From assembly GCA_951406725.2 (NCBI GenBank), contig OX597815.1, positions 124,062,001 to 124,126,000 on the forward strand: a DNA stretch of 64,000 bases. The letters run 5' to 3'. Numbering within the stretch: position 1 is the first letter of the stretch; every line of letters begins with the position of its first letter. The notes beneath the pieces are model-generated. The model worked only from the letters and a program-made list of their open reading frames with translations. It had not been told where the DNA came from and did no database searches. Shown here in pieces: positions 50,621 through 64,000 of this stretch. The DNA comes from Octopus vulgaris (taxonomy: Eukaryota). Position numbers and translations under genes: made by a program.

Positions 50621-53600
50621 ATTTGGATTCTGGATAATTGTGTTCCGATCACATGCATCTTGGTCACTGGTATGCCTGCCGACATGCACATTTGAGATGC
50701 AAATTACCTATGTATATTTGCATTTGACCTATCAGCGTTTATACACACACGCGCGCGCGCGCGCACACACACACACACACACACTCTCAGATGATACTTA
50801 CGTGTACATGAAAATCCATCACTCATTAATTTAAAACCGTCGTTACACGAACATTTGTAACTTCCATAAGTGTTTACGCAGTTATGCTGACATTTATGTT
50901 GTCCTGAAATACATTCATTAACATCTGAAAAATAAAAAAAAATACGAAAATGCCTAAGTCATATGCTAACGAGTATTATTAAAATGTTCACTGGTATACC
51001 TATCTATTGTGATGGATGGGCAAAATCGTTGGCACGGCGTTCAAAATACATCGCAGTATTGCTTCCGGCTATTTACGTTCTAAGTTCAAATCAAGTTGTT
51101 CACACACACACACACACACACACACTGAGAACGTAACATTCTTAGAAGCGGGGGACCAGGATATTGAGGCTTTTTTCCTTTCTATGGACATTAATAACGC
51201 AAGAGAAGTGCTTCTACTAGGAATTAATGCCTGTCTGTTTTCTGACTGGCCTCTTACTTAATACTGCGTGCTATTAATCCATTTATTGTCTAAAATTATC
51301 AACGATTTCTTTGAAATAATCTGAAGCATAATCCAGATTCTTTCATCAAATAATTGTGTGATTGGCACCAATATAAATCTGTTAAGCATTTAACTATATA
51401 TGCTGTTTAATAGTTTTCTGTCGATCTATTTTGCAGTCTGTATGCTAACAACATTAGAGAGAATCATTCTGGCGAACCTCAGTGTTGATTAGAAACCCTG
51501 ACTTGTTTCCAGTCAGGAAATCCCTTGTAACAACCGGAATTTCGGCTGCTCGAATGATAACTTCCTCATTGATCTGTCCAACCAAATTTATTCTTGAGCG
51601 TATAAAAAGTGACCCGATCTGAGATCAATGACAGACAAGAGTGAATGACAGAAGAAACAGATAGAGGAGACCTAGTGATAAGTTCAATTAGGTGAAGTTC
51701 AACAAGTGATGTTTCTTTATCAACCAAACTTGTCAGTACGAACAGTCTGCAACGCAAGCAACTGAAACTGTTGCTAACTTTAAAATCTCACTCTTGCAGG
51801 GAACACTCATATTCTGTCTGTCTGTCTGTCTCTCTCATATACGCATAACCACAAAAGGTATCCACCAAGTCACTACTATAAGCAGAATTTTTCGAAGTTA
51901 CTCTATTGGTTTTCATTGGACCATCGCGTCCACAACAAGTGTTTAACAATAAAACTATGATGAATCGAATCGAAAACGAACGACTATACTTACTTATCCG
52001 ACTTTCCATTGTTAACATGGCAACCAACATATATCATCTTAATCATTTATGACAGGTTTTACATTCAGAGTTGTCAGCTAACGCAACACTCATCTGTACA
52101 CACAGCTTCGTTGAAAGAATATCAGAACGAGTCCGTGGAGTTTAAGTATTTTAGTTATGGACACTAATCACTATCGGCGTTAGAATACGAACCGTCAACC
52201 TTTCTAATTAGTAACCTAATACACTATCTACTTTCTGTACAGAATACATCACCTTTTTGATCTATGGTTTGTTCTCTATACAAAATCTAATTGTCAAAAT
52301 CAATGGTAGTTGTTCGATAAATTCTATATAAATAAAGTAGATAATAGTCTCCACGTGACCGCTAGAAAGACTAATGGGTTTGGGAAAGGTGGTTGAGAAT
52401 CGATCAACCAATTTCAAAATAGAAATTACACAGCTTTAATTGAGCCATTGATATTGTCTAAGGATAAAAGAAAATATCTTCGTGGCAATGTTTTTTTACA
52501 AATTAGAAGAGGACTGACGGCTCCTATGACTTGTAATACTTATTGACTATACAGATCAATACAGTTATTCAGTTTAAGCGTAAAATTTTAAAACACGATT
52601 GACTTTATCTAATGAATAAACAATAAAAACGTGGAGAGGGATGAATTCTCCAGGTAAAGAATCCATTCTGCTGAAGGCATGCGGGCCAGGACTCCAATAA
52701 TCTGAGCACCCCCATCTCTTCACCAGAATAGGTGGCTCTATAAAGAGCTGTGAACATACTCTTCCCTTCTGATTAAAATTTTTACTTGTAAAGGACTAGT
52801 AGTTGATAAGCTGAAGGTCTGAAGAGAAGCTTAATCTTTGAGACGAAGAATAAAGAATTTTATTCTTGAGATTGCAACGTAATGTACATTATTTTAGTGT
52901 TTATTGTAACTATTACAAACAATGTTATTTAATATCAACTGAGATAAAGCTTGTTGCTGTGAAAATTATTCAGCGTGCGCTAAAACGTTTGTTGGTAATA
53001 TTCAATTCATAGACTTCTTAATATATTTTTTACATTTATTTTTATCTCCTATTTAAAGTTAATTTAAAACTAATAATTTTCATATTGATTTATTGATTCC
53101 GTAAAAAGTAACGGTTGACTGTATACAAAATATTGCAAAATTCGTTACTGAAATAGTTCTGTACTCGATGCAGGGGCGATAATTCTGATTTATTCTAAGT
53201 ATGAAAATCATCCCCCGCCACGTAGAAAAATATTTCTCTACCAGGATTTATTTTAATTTCATACAGTATTACTAACGACTGTAGAATAAATTAAAGTAGA
53301 CTATGATGCCGTTTTAATGATTTTTAGAATATAGTACTACTAATATCTAATGAGTAACTTGAAATATTTTCAATATTTATGAAGTAGATATGCAATCTAG
53401 ATTATTCTCTTTAATTATTATTAAAAATAATAGAATTTGAGTTTTTCTATGAGATGCCTATTTGAGAAAACGGAAAATTCGTTATTGACCGAAGAAATGT
53501 GAATATGTAGATGTTACAGTTAAGTGGACAAAGTCCGTATTTGGCAATATACCAGTTAAAATGTATTATTTAAGTTTCCAGGAAATTGAGACATTGTTAT

Positions 53601-54900
53601 TGAGTTTTGTTTTCTTTTAATCTCTTCATAGAAAGGAGAGAGTAATGCTTAAGTCTCTTTACAGTGCCTCCAAGTTTGTTTGTGAAGAGAGAGTGGGGTA
53701 TCTTTAAATCAGAAAACTGGTTTGCAACAAGGCCAAGTGTTGGTGTTTCACGAGGCGATTGATAAAATAGACCACGGTGAGAGTTAAACTCAGAACGCAG
53801 TGAGCCAGAACACACTGAGCAAGGCTTCTCATCCGGCACCCCCACGTCTCTAGTCCACCGCCCTAGACTAATACTTTATTTATTGACCCCTGAAAGACGA
53901 AAGGTACAATTTATTACCTCAACGAGATTTGAATTCAAAAAGTAAGGTGTCGGTCTATCACACTGAAGAATTTTTGAATGCATAAACCTCGTAAGGTTAG
54001 CAAATACGCTTTGTAAATTTTCCAATTGATTCATATATAACTCGAAGAAAGAATTTTGGGAGCAGTCTCCTATCCACTGTAATTTTTTGCTAGGTTAGAT
54101 AGAGACCATTTTTAAATCACAAAGGAAAAAAAATCACTGTCATGTGACAGGAGATACACTACAACGCAAGTGGTGGAAGCAGTGGTGGTTATAATTTACT
54201 CAACAATACGAAAAACAATTTATTATATGACATTGCAAAAAGCTAGAACGATACCGGATATTCTTCCAGCATATGATAAATGGAAAAACTATTGAACTTC
54301 AAATTTAATACCATCGTAATACAAGCTAAAACCCACAAAAGGGGAGGGAGGGAGTGCTTGGATATTTCAACATTTATCCTTACCTTCTGCTATCGAATAA
54401 TTAGTGAAATATGTAACATAGAGGGGAACAACTTTTAGAACTTGAAACTGTAATAATGTTACAAAATAGTAGAAATAACTTTTAGACATTTATAAGAACG
54501 ACGAATGAAAATAAAACAGTGTAACAACTTCTAAATATGAAATAATTAATAAGCAAAAAATGCACTATTGTCTTTTATCCATAAAGCAAATTTTCTTTAA
54601 CATAAATGAATAAAAAAACACAAAAAAGAGTAGAATAAACAATATTCTTTTAAAACTAAGTGAACAAGGGAAACTACTTATGTCATTTCGAGTTACCTCC
54701 CGTAAATATCCTACGTTAAGGGTAACGATCCAAAATGTTAACAAAAATGCGCTAACAATTTGTGGTCGCATATCAATGATCAGCCCCTTTTGTTGTATGA
54801 AATGTGCAGCCCTTAAAATGTATTCAGGTTAATATCTATAATGTCAATGTACGTGGTAAGTATATTAAAAACATAAGAGTAAGTAAAGATAAAGCCTTAC

Positions 54901-54996
54901 CTGTCTGACAGAATTTATCTGTCCACTGTTTAGGACATATACATTTATTTGGAGCCCCGCATTCGCCCCCGTTTTGACAGGGATTGCTGCATACAG
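54901..54996 (-). CDS. EGFL7/8: EGF-like domain exon of the EGFL7/8-like gene
   Basis: Polypyrimidine tract plus CAG acceptor and GTAAGG donor. 96 bp, phase 1 to 1, VCSNPCQNGGECGAPNKCICPKQWTDKFCQT (6-Cys EGF, like EGFL7 EGF1). The upstream EMI exons were not found in this window. Confidence 0.9.
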
Positions 54997-55280
54997 CTGC
55001 GTACGACAAAATATATAAATAAATAAAAGCTTATCTCATGTATTTCTGTTCGTATTTTAATTTATTTTAATTTCAATGCCTTGCAGCGCGATCGGCCAAT
55101 AGATCATAAAGAAAGATTAACTTTTCATGCAGTAATACAAATAGGATAATTCACTAAAGTAAAGTTACATTTGTCAAATGTATCATGTCCACGCTACTTC
55201 CTACGTCAAAACTTGGCATGGTTTCTACCCTATATTATAAAGTTAAATGTATGTACATGAAGGAAAATATATGCATTTAA

Positions 55281-55500
55281 CCCTTTAGTGTTCAGATTAC
55301 TCTGTTAAATGTAATACTTTTTCACTCAAATTGTTTTGAATTAATCATGCATTACCTTACAGCTTTGAGGTTTTAATGATGTGATTGTTTATTTATAGAA
55401 TGACATTGTAGGATAGGTGTGAGAGACTAGATATTGCCAGTTTGAATATAAAACATGTGGAATATCTGGGCCTGATATGGCCGGTTTAAACACTAAAGGG
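55281..55500. mobile_element. piggyBac-type MITE
   Basis: TTAA TSD on both sides (55277-55280, 55501-55504) and a 12-bp TIR CCCTTTAGTGTT/AACACTAAAGGG. Confidence 0.85.
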
Positions 55501-55539
55501 TTAAATATTGGAAAATTGAAAAGGTGGAAAGACATGACG

Positions 55540-56052
55540 AAAGAAAGTCAGGAATGAAGGGGTAGACTGGGGGAAAGAAAGAGAATTGGAGCTAGAGAAA
55601 GAGACTAACAATAGACAACATAGGGCTTGGGAGAGAGCGGAAGGTAGGTAGCACTAAGAGAGTGAGAGGGGAGATTGAGGGTGAAAAGGGAGAAGGAGAG
55701 AGTGGGAGAAAAAGAGTGTAGGAAAGACTGTGAAGGAAATAGATAGAGAGTGGAAAGGAAAGAAAGCGTAATATAGAATCTAAGAAAAAAGGGAGGGAGG
55801 GGAGAGAGATGAGGAGAAAGAGAGAGAAGAGATGAGAACGAGAAAGAGGGAGAAAGTAAAATAAATTCTGAGAGGAAATGTGGGCGAGTGTACAAGAAAA
55901 GTAGAAGGGAAACAAAGAAAAAGAGAGACAGAGAGAGGGGAAATAGTGAGGGAGAAAGGGAGAGAGGGAGAGAGAGAAAGAAAGAGAAACGGGGAATAGG
56001 GAGAGAAGGGTGAAGAAGAGAGAGGAGAAAAGAAGAAGAAAAGGAGAGAGAC
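55540..56052. repeat. GA-rich low-complexity tract
   Basis: Direct inspection. It explains the spurious F/S/L-rich minus-strand ORFs. Confidence 0.9.
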
Positions 56053-56475
56053 AACATATAAGCAGCAGATATTCAGGCACGTGATCAATTGGAATGAGCA
56101 GACGACACGATAAAATAGACTGAAATATCGTGAATTTTTTAAGGTATGTTAAGTTTCTAAAAACCATTCTGTTGTTGGTTACAAATGAAACAAATTTTTA
56201 AAAAACATTTGGGGAAAATTGTAGTCATGGAACACCTTTAAAACAAAGCGTAGTTGCCTTAAAAATCATGTGAACAAACACCTACGTCCTGTTTCATTAT
56301 TAAGAAAAAAAAACAGAAGGAAGACTAAGTAACAAAAAGAAAAAAAACTGTTTTGCACTCGTAATAATTCTTTCTTCGCCATGCTGTTGGACACACACAC
56401 ACACATATATATATGTGTGTGTGCATGTGTGTATGAAAGTATACATATGTATGCGTGTGTATGTGTTAACATATA

Positions 56476-56510
<35 letters not shown>

Positions 56511-56512
<2 letters not shown>

Positions 56513-56913
56513 TCTCTTACTCTCTTACTTGTTTCAGTCATTTGACTGCGGCCATGCTGGAGCACCGCCTTTAATCGAGCAACTCGACCCCGGGACTTAT
56601 TCTTTGTAAGCCCAGTACTTATTCTATAGGTCTCTTTTTGCCGAACCGCTAAGTGACGGGGACGTAAACACACCAGCATCGGTTGTCAAACAATGCTAGG
56701 GAGACAAACACAGGCACACACACACAAACACATACATATATATACATATATACGACAGGCTTCTTTCAGTTTCCGTCTACCAAATCCACTCACAAGGCAT
56801 TAGTCGGCCCGGGGGCTATAGCAGAAGACACTCGCCCAAGATGCCGCGCAGTGGGACTGAACCCGGAACCATGTGGTTGGTTAGCAAGCTACTTACCACA
56901 CAGCCACACCTGT
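56511..56913 (-). mobile_element. Octopus-type CORE-SINE
   Basis: Near-identical to 7180-7618. Confidence 0.92.
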
Positions 56914-57062
56914 GTTTATTCACACATTTATGAATATATATTCACACATATACATACATACATACATACATACATACATACATACATACATACATACATA
57001 CATACATACATACATACATACATAAATACATACATACATACATACATACATACATACATACA

Positions 57063-57093
<31 letters not shown>

Positions 57094-57470
57094 CGATATA
57101 TAGGTTTGGTGATGCAAATAAGAAAGATAGAACCCAAAACATGAGTGTTTATATGTGTGTGTGTGTGTGTTTATTGATAATCGGAAGCAGTTACAGAGTG
57201 ACTCATGAGTTGGGAGTTCGTGCGTTGGTTAACACACAACACCCTCGTGCTTGAGTCACTCTACATGAATTATATATATACTAGCTAACCCGTGCTGTCA
57301 AAAAATAACGCCTAATTGTAGTATTTCATATATAAATGTGGATGGTAAATCAAATTAATTCACATTCTTCCTTTTTATACGCGCACACAGACACACGTAT
57401 ACTCACACAGAGTTGAAACGCTGTTTGATATTTCTTTTCAGCGTTGAATGTTCGCCATTTTACTTCCATT

Positions 57471-57512
<42 letters not shown>

Positions 57513-57704
57513 GCATTCACATATCGCTCTTTTACATACACACACAAATACTCACACAGAATTGAAACGCTCCCACTACCAGTTTGCCATCACCCCCTCC
57601 TTGTTCATCTATTACCCCTTTCTTTCTCATTCATATGAGTATTATTATAGAAGATATTCATGTAGAGGCAGTAGAGGGAGAGAGAAAAATAGATAGATAG
57701 ATAT

Positions 57705-57749
<45 letters not shown>

Positions 57750-58147
57750 AAGAGAGAGAGAGAGAAAGAGAGAGAGAGATAAAGAGGGAAATTCGGCAGA
57801 TATGATCACGTGATCAATTGGAAAGAGCAGACGATGTAAAATAGACGGAAACATGAATGTTCTTCGTAACTTTTTAAGGTATGTTCATGGTTTTAAATAA
57901 TATTTTGTGTTATTTATGGATGGAAGAAATTGTAAAAATACGTTTGGGAAGAATTATAGGCTGGAATTTTTTTTTAAAACAGGTGTGTAGTGGACATAGA
58001 CATGTTTAATTACAACGAAGTTGACAAGTGATAGCCCGGCTGAAAAATACTAGCGTCACTCTTTATGGTAATTTTATAGGAAGAGAATAGGATTTGCCTC
58101 CAAAATAATTCTTTTGGATTTCATGCAAGGAGCATGATTATGTCATT

Positions 58148-58247
<100 letters not shown>

Positions 58248-58436
58248 CTAAGGAAAAAAGATTTTCTCCAATGCATAGACTTCACTTTGAAGTGCTCAAG
58301 ATTCAAACCTGAAGCGTTAGAATAATGTAGAAGTAAGATTCAAAGTTAGGCAAATCAAGTTCATACATACATACATTTGATTATGCGCATATGCACATAT
58401 GTTGGAATTAATATCTGTACATGTATATCTATCTAC

Positions 58437-58514
<78 letters not shown>

Positions 58515-58547
58515 GTTTATCTATCTTTGTATATCTCTTTCTCTTTC

Positions 58548-58962
58548 ACTCTTTTACTTGTTTCAGTCATTTGACTGCGGCCATGCTGGAGCACCGCCTT
58601 TAATCGAGCAACTCGACCCCAGGACTTATTCTTTTGTAAGCCCAGTACTTATTCTATCGGTCTCTTTTTGCCGAACCGCTAAGTAACGGGGACATAAGCA
58701 CACCAGCATCGGTTGTCAAGCAATGCTAGGGGGACAAACACAGACACACAAACACACACGCGCACATATATATATATACACACATATATACATATATACG
58801 ATGGGCTTCTTTCAGTTTCCGTCTACCAAATCCACTCACAAGGCTTTGGTCAGCCCGAGGCTATAGTAGAAGACACTTGCCCAAGGTGCCACGCAGTGGG
58901 ACTGAACCCGGAACCGTGTGGTTGGTAAACAAACTACTTACCACACAGCCACTCCTGCGCCT
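58548..58962 (-). mobile_element. Octopus-type CORE-SINE
   Basis: Near-identical to 56511-56913, with a full tRNA head ending GGCGCAGGAGTGGCTGTGTGG. Confidence 0.92.
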
Positions 58963-58964
58963 AC

Positions 58965-59022
<58 letters not shown>

Positions 59023-59228
59023 ACACACACGCACACACACATATATATATGTATAAGACCAGCAAGCTCAGGGGAGTATTTTATCGATCCCCAAAAGGAT
59101 GAAAGGCAAAGTCATCCTCAGAACATAAAGACGGACGATATGCTGATATGCATGTTACCTAGTATGTTAACGATTCTGCCATTTTTCTACCTTTGTATAA
59201 ATAAATATATATATATTAAGATATATTA

Positions 59229-59420
59229 ATACATACATGCATACATACATACATACATACATACATACATACATACATACATACATACATACATACATAC
59301 ATACATACATACATACATACATACATACATACATACATACATACATACATACATACATACATACATACATACATACATACATACATACATACATACATAC
59401 ATACATACATACATACATAC
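59229..59420. repeat. (TACA)n microsatellite
   Basis: Direct inspection. Abuts the 5' end of the R4-like LINE. Confidence 0.97.
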
Positions 59421-61256
59421 AATAATGCTCACCCTTCGAAATGAGAACAGAATAATTGTTTCAGTTAGTATAGTCATTTCAAAGAGAATATTCCAGAGAA
59501 ATAGTCTTTCTGTACTTCTTTTCATTTTGCCACAGAATTCATTATCATTCCTATTGCAGAAAACAAATGGTTACATTCAAGGATCTTCAACTGCTAGAAA
59601 TATCAATTTAACTCATAATTTCTTTGTAGCTGACCTCCAAATTTATGCTAAAAGTGTTAACAATGCCAAAAACAACTGGAAGTAATAACATTTTCAGCTG
59701 ATATGAACATAAAATTTATCCAAAAGAAATGTTAATATTTGGTAATAGAATGAGGTAAGTCAGTCCCCCAAACCCAAAACCTGTGCATCTCAATGGTCTC
59801 TCTCCTCCATTCCACACAAAGAATGTTACACATTGAAGGCACTGTGAATAAAGATATAGTAACACGAGAATATTACACCAGACTTAGGAAAATATGGCAG
59901 TCAGTACTCTCCTCTTACAACAAAACAATATCCCACAATGCATTTGCAGTACCAGTGCTGATCCCAAAATTTGGGATACTTGATTGGGCTGTTGAGGAAA
60001 TCCACTCCATAGATATCAAAACCCACAAAATTCTGACAACAACTGGGAACTTCCATAGAAACAGTGATGTTGACAAGCTCTTCTTAAGAAGAAATGAAAG
60101 TGGTAGAGGCCTGAGATCAGTGCAGACGGCCTTCGAATACCATATGGTATCACTCAGGTAATATCTGCTAAACAACAACAGCAAAAATAAATATATTAAT
60201 GCAGTCCTGAAAAGTGAAGTGAGGAGCATTGTACGAGTTGGCAGTGAGCTTCCCAAGAAGCACTCTCTTCCTGATGACCTCCTATACAGCCTCAAAATAG
60301 CTGGGTTCTCTTACCTCAGAGAAGACCTGGATGGAAAGCACTCAGCATACGAAAAATAGACTATGCACGGGTATGTTGCTCAGAAGCTTGAAGAAGACAG
60401 TAGAATTGACATGAAGTACAGCCTCTCTTGGATACAAGACTACTACATCATATCACACTTTGAAGTCTATGTGGTTGCAATCCAGGAACAGGAGATTGCC
60501 ATGAAGTACCTGGTGAACAAGAGATACAGTGACGCTCTTGTAATCCCATAGGGCAACTGCATGTGTAGGCCATTTCATATTTCCTTGGAAGACATCATGC
60601 ATGTGATTAGCAGCTTTCCTAAAATGTTGTTACGGTACGACCTCCCTATGCGGCATAATGTTGTCGCTGAAACAATTTACAATGTCATCTGCAAAAACGA
60701 TTGTTCTGAAATAAACTTAGAAAATCCCTCTGTTATGGAATACATTCATAAACACCAACTCAAGGAATACTGGTGGAATATTCCCATCAAAACTTCTGTC
60801 AGATGTAAACATAAAATGCCGGATATTGTTGTTTGGGACAGAGGAGCAAAGGTATGTACTACCATAGAGGTCAGCTGCCCTGTAGATATAAATATCTCTT
60901 TGAAAATCAAAGAAAAAAAGTATATCTATGGACAACTGCTTCGAAACCTCCAGCTTCTATATCCAGACTACGTATTCATATTCATACAAATAATAATTGG
61001 AGTACTAGGTTTTGTTAGTAAATGCTTAAAGGAGAATTGGGATAAACTGGGATTTTCAGAAAGAGATTGATTGGCTAATTTGTACTTTAATTCATAGATT
61101 ACAAGTGCAATCTGTGAGTGCAACAGTAAAAATATGCAAATGTGTATTTGTTCCAAATGTGTATTTGTCTGTATTAATTATATCCCAAAGATGGAGCCTT
61201 GTATCTTTGTTGGAAACTGGCTTCCTCCTCAGTGGGAGATTTATAATAATTAAAAA
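59421..61256 (+). mobile_element. 5'-truncated R4/Dong-clade RLE LINE, degraded
   Basis: IFQRNSLSVLLFIL, THNFFVADLQIYA, SHNAFAVPVLIPKFGILDW, GRGLRS, AIQEQEI, EDIMHVISS..MRHNVVA, PDIVVWD..IEVSCP. Homologous to 42550-44313. Confidence 0.9.
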
Positions 61257-61899
61257 ACAGAAGAGATATACATATACACATATAAGAAGCTGCAATAGCA
61301 TTCCTCCGAAGGGTCCCTGAACTAATGTTACTCCACATATTGTATATCTTTGAGATCAGGGAGTCTCATCAGGTTAAGTCACTACTTCACCACATTGAGA
61401 GGTCACAGTTCTAGTACTATAAACATGTAATTAGAATAATCCTGGAAAGAATCGCAAGACATATTTGTCAAGCTGAACCAACCTGCAGGAGACATAGGGG
61501 TAAACAAAGAATGAGATAGTTGGTTAATATCCATAGACTCTGTTGGTCACACTAGAGAATGCAGTTGGAAGGTCTAATGATGATTGGTTTTGATTAGATC
61601 TTACACACACACACACACACACATGTATAAATATATAATATCTGAAGCTGAGGACTCATTACACTAACAGTTAAAAACAGGTCTTATATGAAAAAATCAG
61701 TACACACCCTCTGCTCACCTCAAAAGGCAATATACAGATGTTGTGTGAACTACAACTGTTGAACAACAAGCATTTGTTAGCATGGCCCAAAAGATAGTGT
61801 GGAAGTTGACAGAAGCAGAGCCAAAATCTTGCATATAATTACACAAAGACCACTGCAGATAATGGATCAAGGTAGCCATCACTGACACAAGGGACACCT

Positions 61900-62935
61900 A
61901 CCAAGATATCACACCCATATTCTTACTAAATATTGGAAGTCACTTACAGCTTAGTAACAGAGGTAAAATTCTCTGTCTTAAAGATCTTGCTGCATGCAAT
62001 CAAACAATATGTATGGCACTTATAGAAATACATCTAACTTCTGACATAGAAGATGCAGAAATACACATGTCAGCACATGTATTTCATACTGACAGAAGAG
62101 AAAGAAGTCATGGTGATATTGCCTTGTACATCTGAGAACATGATACACTCCTAGAACTTTTGTTACACTTAAACTCAGTTTCTAATACTTTAATAATACT
62201 TATAAAGTAAATATGTTACATGCACAGCATATCATCCACCAAATATCTCAAAACATGATGATAAATTTGAGGATAACTTTTGATACACAAAGCAGGTATT
62301 GACCAACCTGGGCCAATACATCAACGTACACCTGGGTGACTTCAGCTTCCCAGATGTTAAATGGCCTGAAGGTCACATTATCTCTGCCAAATCATTACTT
62401 GAATTTTATTATATGCTGTTCATGGAACAAGTGATTCTTCAGTCAGCCAGGGGCAACAATGGATATCTGCTTCACAAATAATATGGACATCATCTATAAT
62501 ATGAAAATGATGATGACAGCTTTCTCAGACTATATATTGTAGAATTTACAATATACTGTCCTCAGTGAACTACAGGCATCTACCCTATGAGATGGACTCA
62601 AGCTATATCCAACTTGAATTTTCATGAAATAGACTATAACTCAATCTACAAACATATTCACAAACAAAACTGTTTATGCAAGGTAATGACTTAAAACTCA
62701 GTCAGTTTATGTTGACAGTACAAGCTAAATGTACTAAATAAGTCCAGAAGGTAAAAAAAGACCAGTATACCCAAGAATAAAATCTACAGAGTCTAAAATA
62801 TCCTTATGAGATGCAGAACAAAGAGCTCAAACTGGCTAAGTAAGCAACTGAAGGATGGTGTAAAGTCTAACTTATGAAGGACACTCCTAGAAATTGAAAA
62901 CAAAATCAAATACTCTAATGAAAGGAAAGAACTGA

Positions 62936-62993
<58 letters not shown>

Positions 62994-64000
62994 AAAGCTG
63001 GGGAAAGCATAAAAACAAACTCTAAAACTTTCTATAAATTTTGCAAATAAAATAGCCATGATACAGTACAAAACAGGACCACTATTCCAAGGGAATTGCT
63101 CATTGACTGCAGACTCTAAAAAGATAAGTGAAGTGCTTGGGGAACAATTCAAAGTATCCACTTTGGATACATGCAAATAAATAATCCGACTGAGTTTTTT
63201 CATGCTAAAGCTTTATAACGGAAGGCAGTAACCATCAAGTACATTGATAAAAAATATAGATGTAACAGTAGCCACAGATGAAATGAACTTAAACACAGCA
63301 GCTGTCCCCAATGGTTTCCTAGATATTCTCTTGAAGTCATGAAGAGAAGATTTCACGAAACCATTTCAGATACTTTTCCAGTTTACATGCAAGTGGCAAA
63401 CTTTCTAAAAAGCTAAAAGAAAGCATAACATGCACTATCTGTGAAAGCAGGAGCAGAAAATTAAAAAATATTTTTGTTGTTTTTGTAAAATCTCAGAAAA
63501 TCTCTCTAATTTCACATATCAGCAAAGTCATGGAACAAATCCTCAGAAAGAAACTGATAATATTCTTAGAAGAAAATGACTCTCTGAATGACTCAGCATG
63601 ATCTCCTTCTGGGAAGAAGCTGCCTCACACAACTCTTAAAGCACTGTGACTGAGTTTTGATACAGCCGCTTGACCATACATATATCAATGTGGTATATCT
63701 TGATTCTGCAAAGGCCTTCAGCAAGGTAGATCATGGCATGATATGTCACAAGTTGAAAGATCTTGGCATAACTGGTAAACTAGGGTCATGGCTACATAAC
63801 TTACAAAAAAAAAATTATAGTAGTCAGACAATGGTGCCATCTCTAGGGAAACACAAATTCTAAGTCTTGCAAGCCATTACTGTCTGTAGTAGGTCTTTTA
63901 GACATGCCTATGATCACTCAAGCAGCCACTGTCACTAGCTACATTGATGATACAAAATTATCACAGGCAATAAAGAACTCTGACATTGTCTCAAGTTTCT
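61900..64000 (+). mobile_element. Degraded APE-RT LINE (CR1-group-like), runs off the window end
   Basis: APE motifs IE.HL..DIEDAEI..TDR.ERSHG, LGDFSFP and EQVI..ARGNN. RT motifs SHISKVME, GRSCLTQLL, VYLDSAKAFSKVDH and YIDDTKL. Confidence 0.85.

Noticed and set aside
58880-58962. tRNA-like A/B boxes, here and in other SINE heads
   Set aside because: These are heads of tRNA-derived SINEs without a complete cloverleaf, not tRNA genes.

Overview
AT-rich, microsatellite-dense animal genomic DNA, most likely an Octopus species. This is inferred from the characteristic tRNA-derived CORE- and Meta-domain SINE families. Almost all ORFs in the supplied track are microsatellite artefacts. One host gene is visible: the 3' exons of an EGFL7/EGFL8-like gene on the minus strand (EGF exon 54901-54996, coiled-coil exons 47865-47953 and 46578-46797, probable last exon 42091-42122). 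The rest is a mosaic of mobile elements: a full-length but disrupted IR/DR Tc1 (DD34E), two mariner relics, a Chapaev3-like transposon, hAT and MULE fragments, a piggyBac MITE, a Helentron-type element, Tx1-, CR1- and R4/Dong-like LINE fragments, and Penelope-like (PLE) relics. The most striking feature is a ~489-bp near-identical tandem array at 16704-19647, with ~1.4 inverted plus ~4.6 forward units. Each complete unit encodes a full type I hammerhead ribozyme (HHR) with an unusually long, G-U-rich stem II. The array sits in (TA)n and is joined to a PLE GIY-YIG remnant, so it is a candidate cephalopod retrozyme/circRNA system. Several hammerheads unrelated in sequence but with a similar extended stem II occur elsewhere in the window. 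A set of R4-clade LINE copies also appears to target (CATA)n microsatellites. All calls were made by eye, without database searches or folding software.
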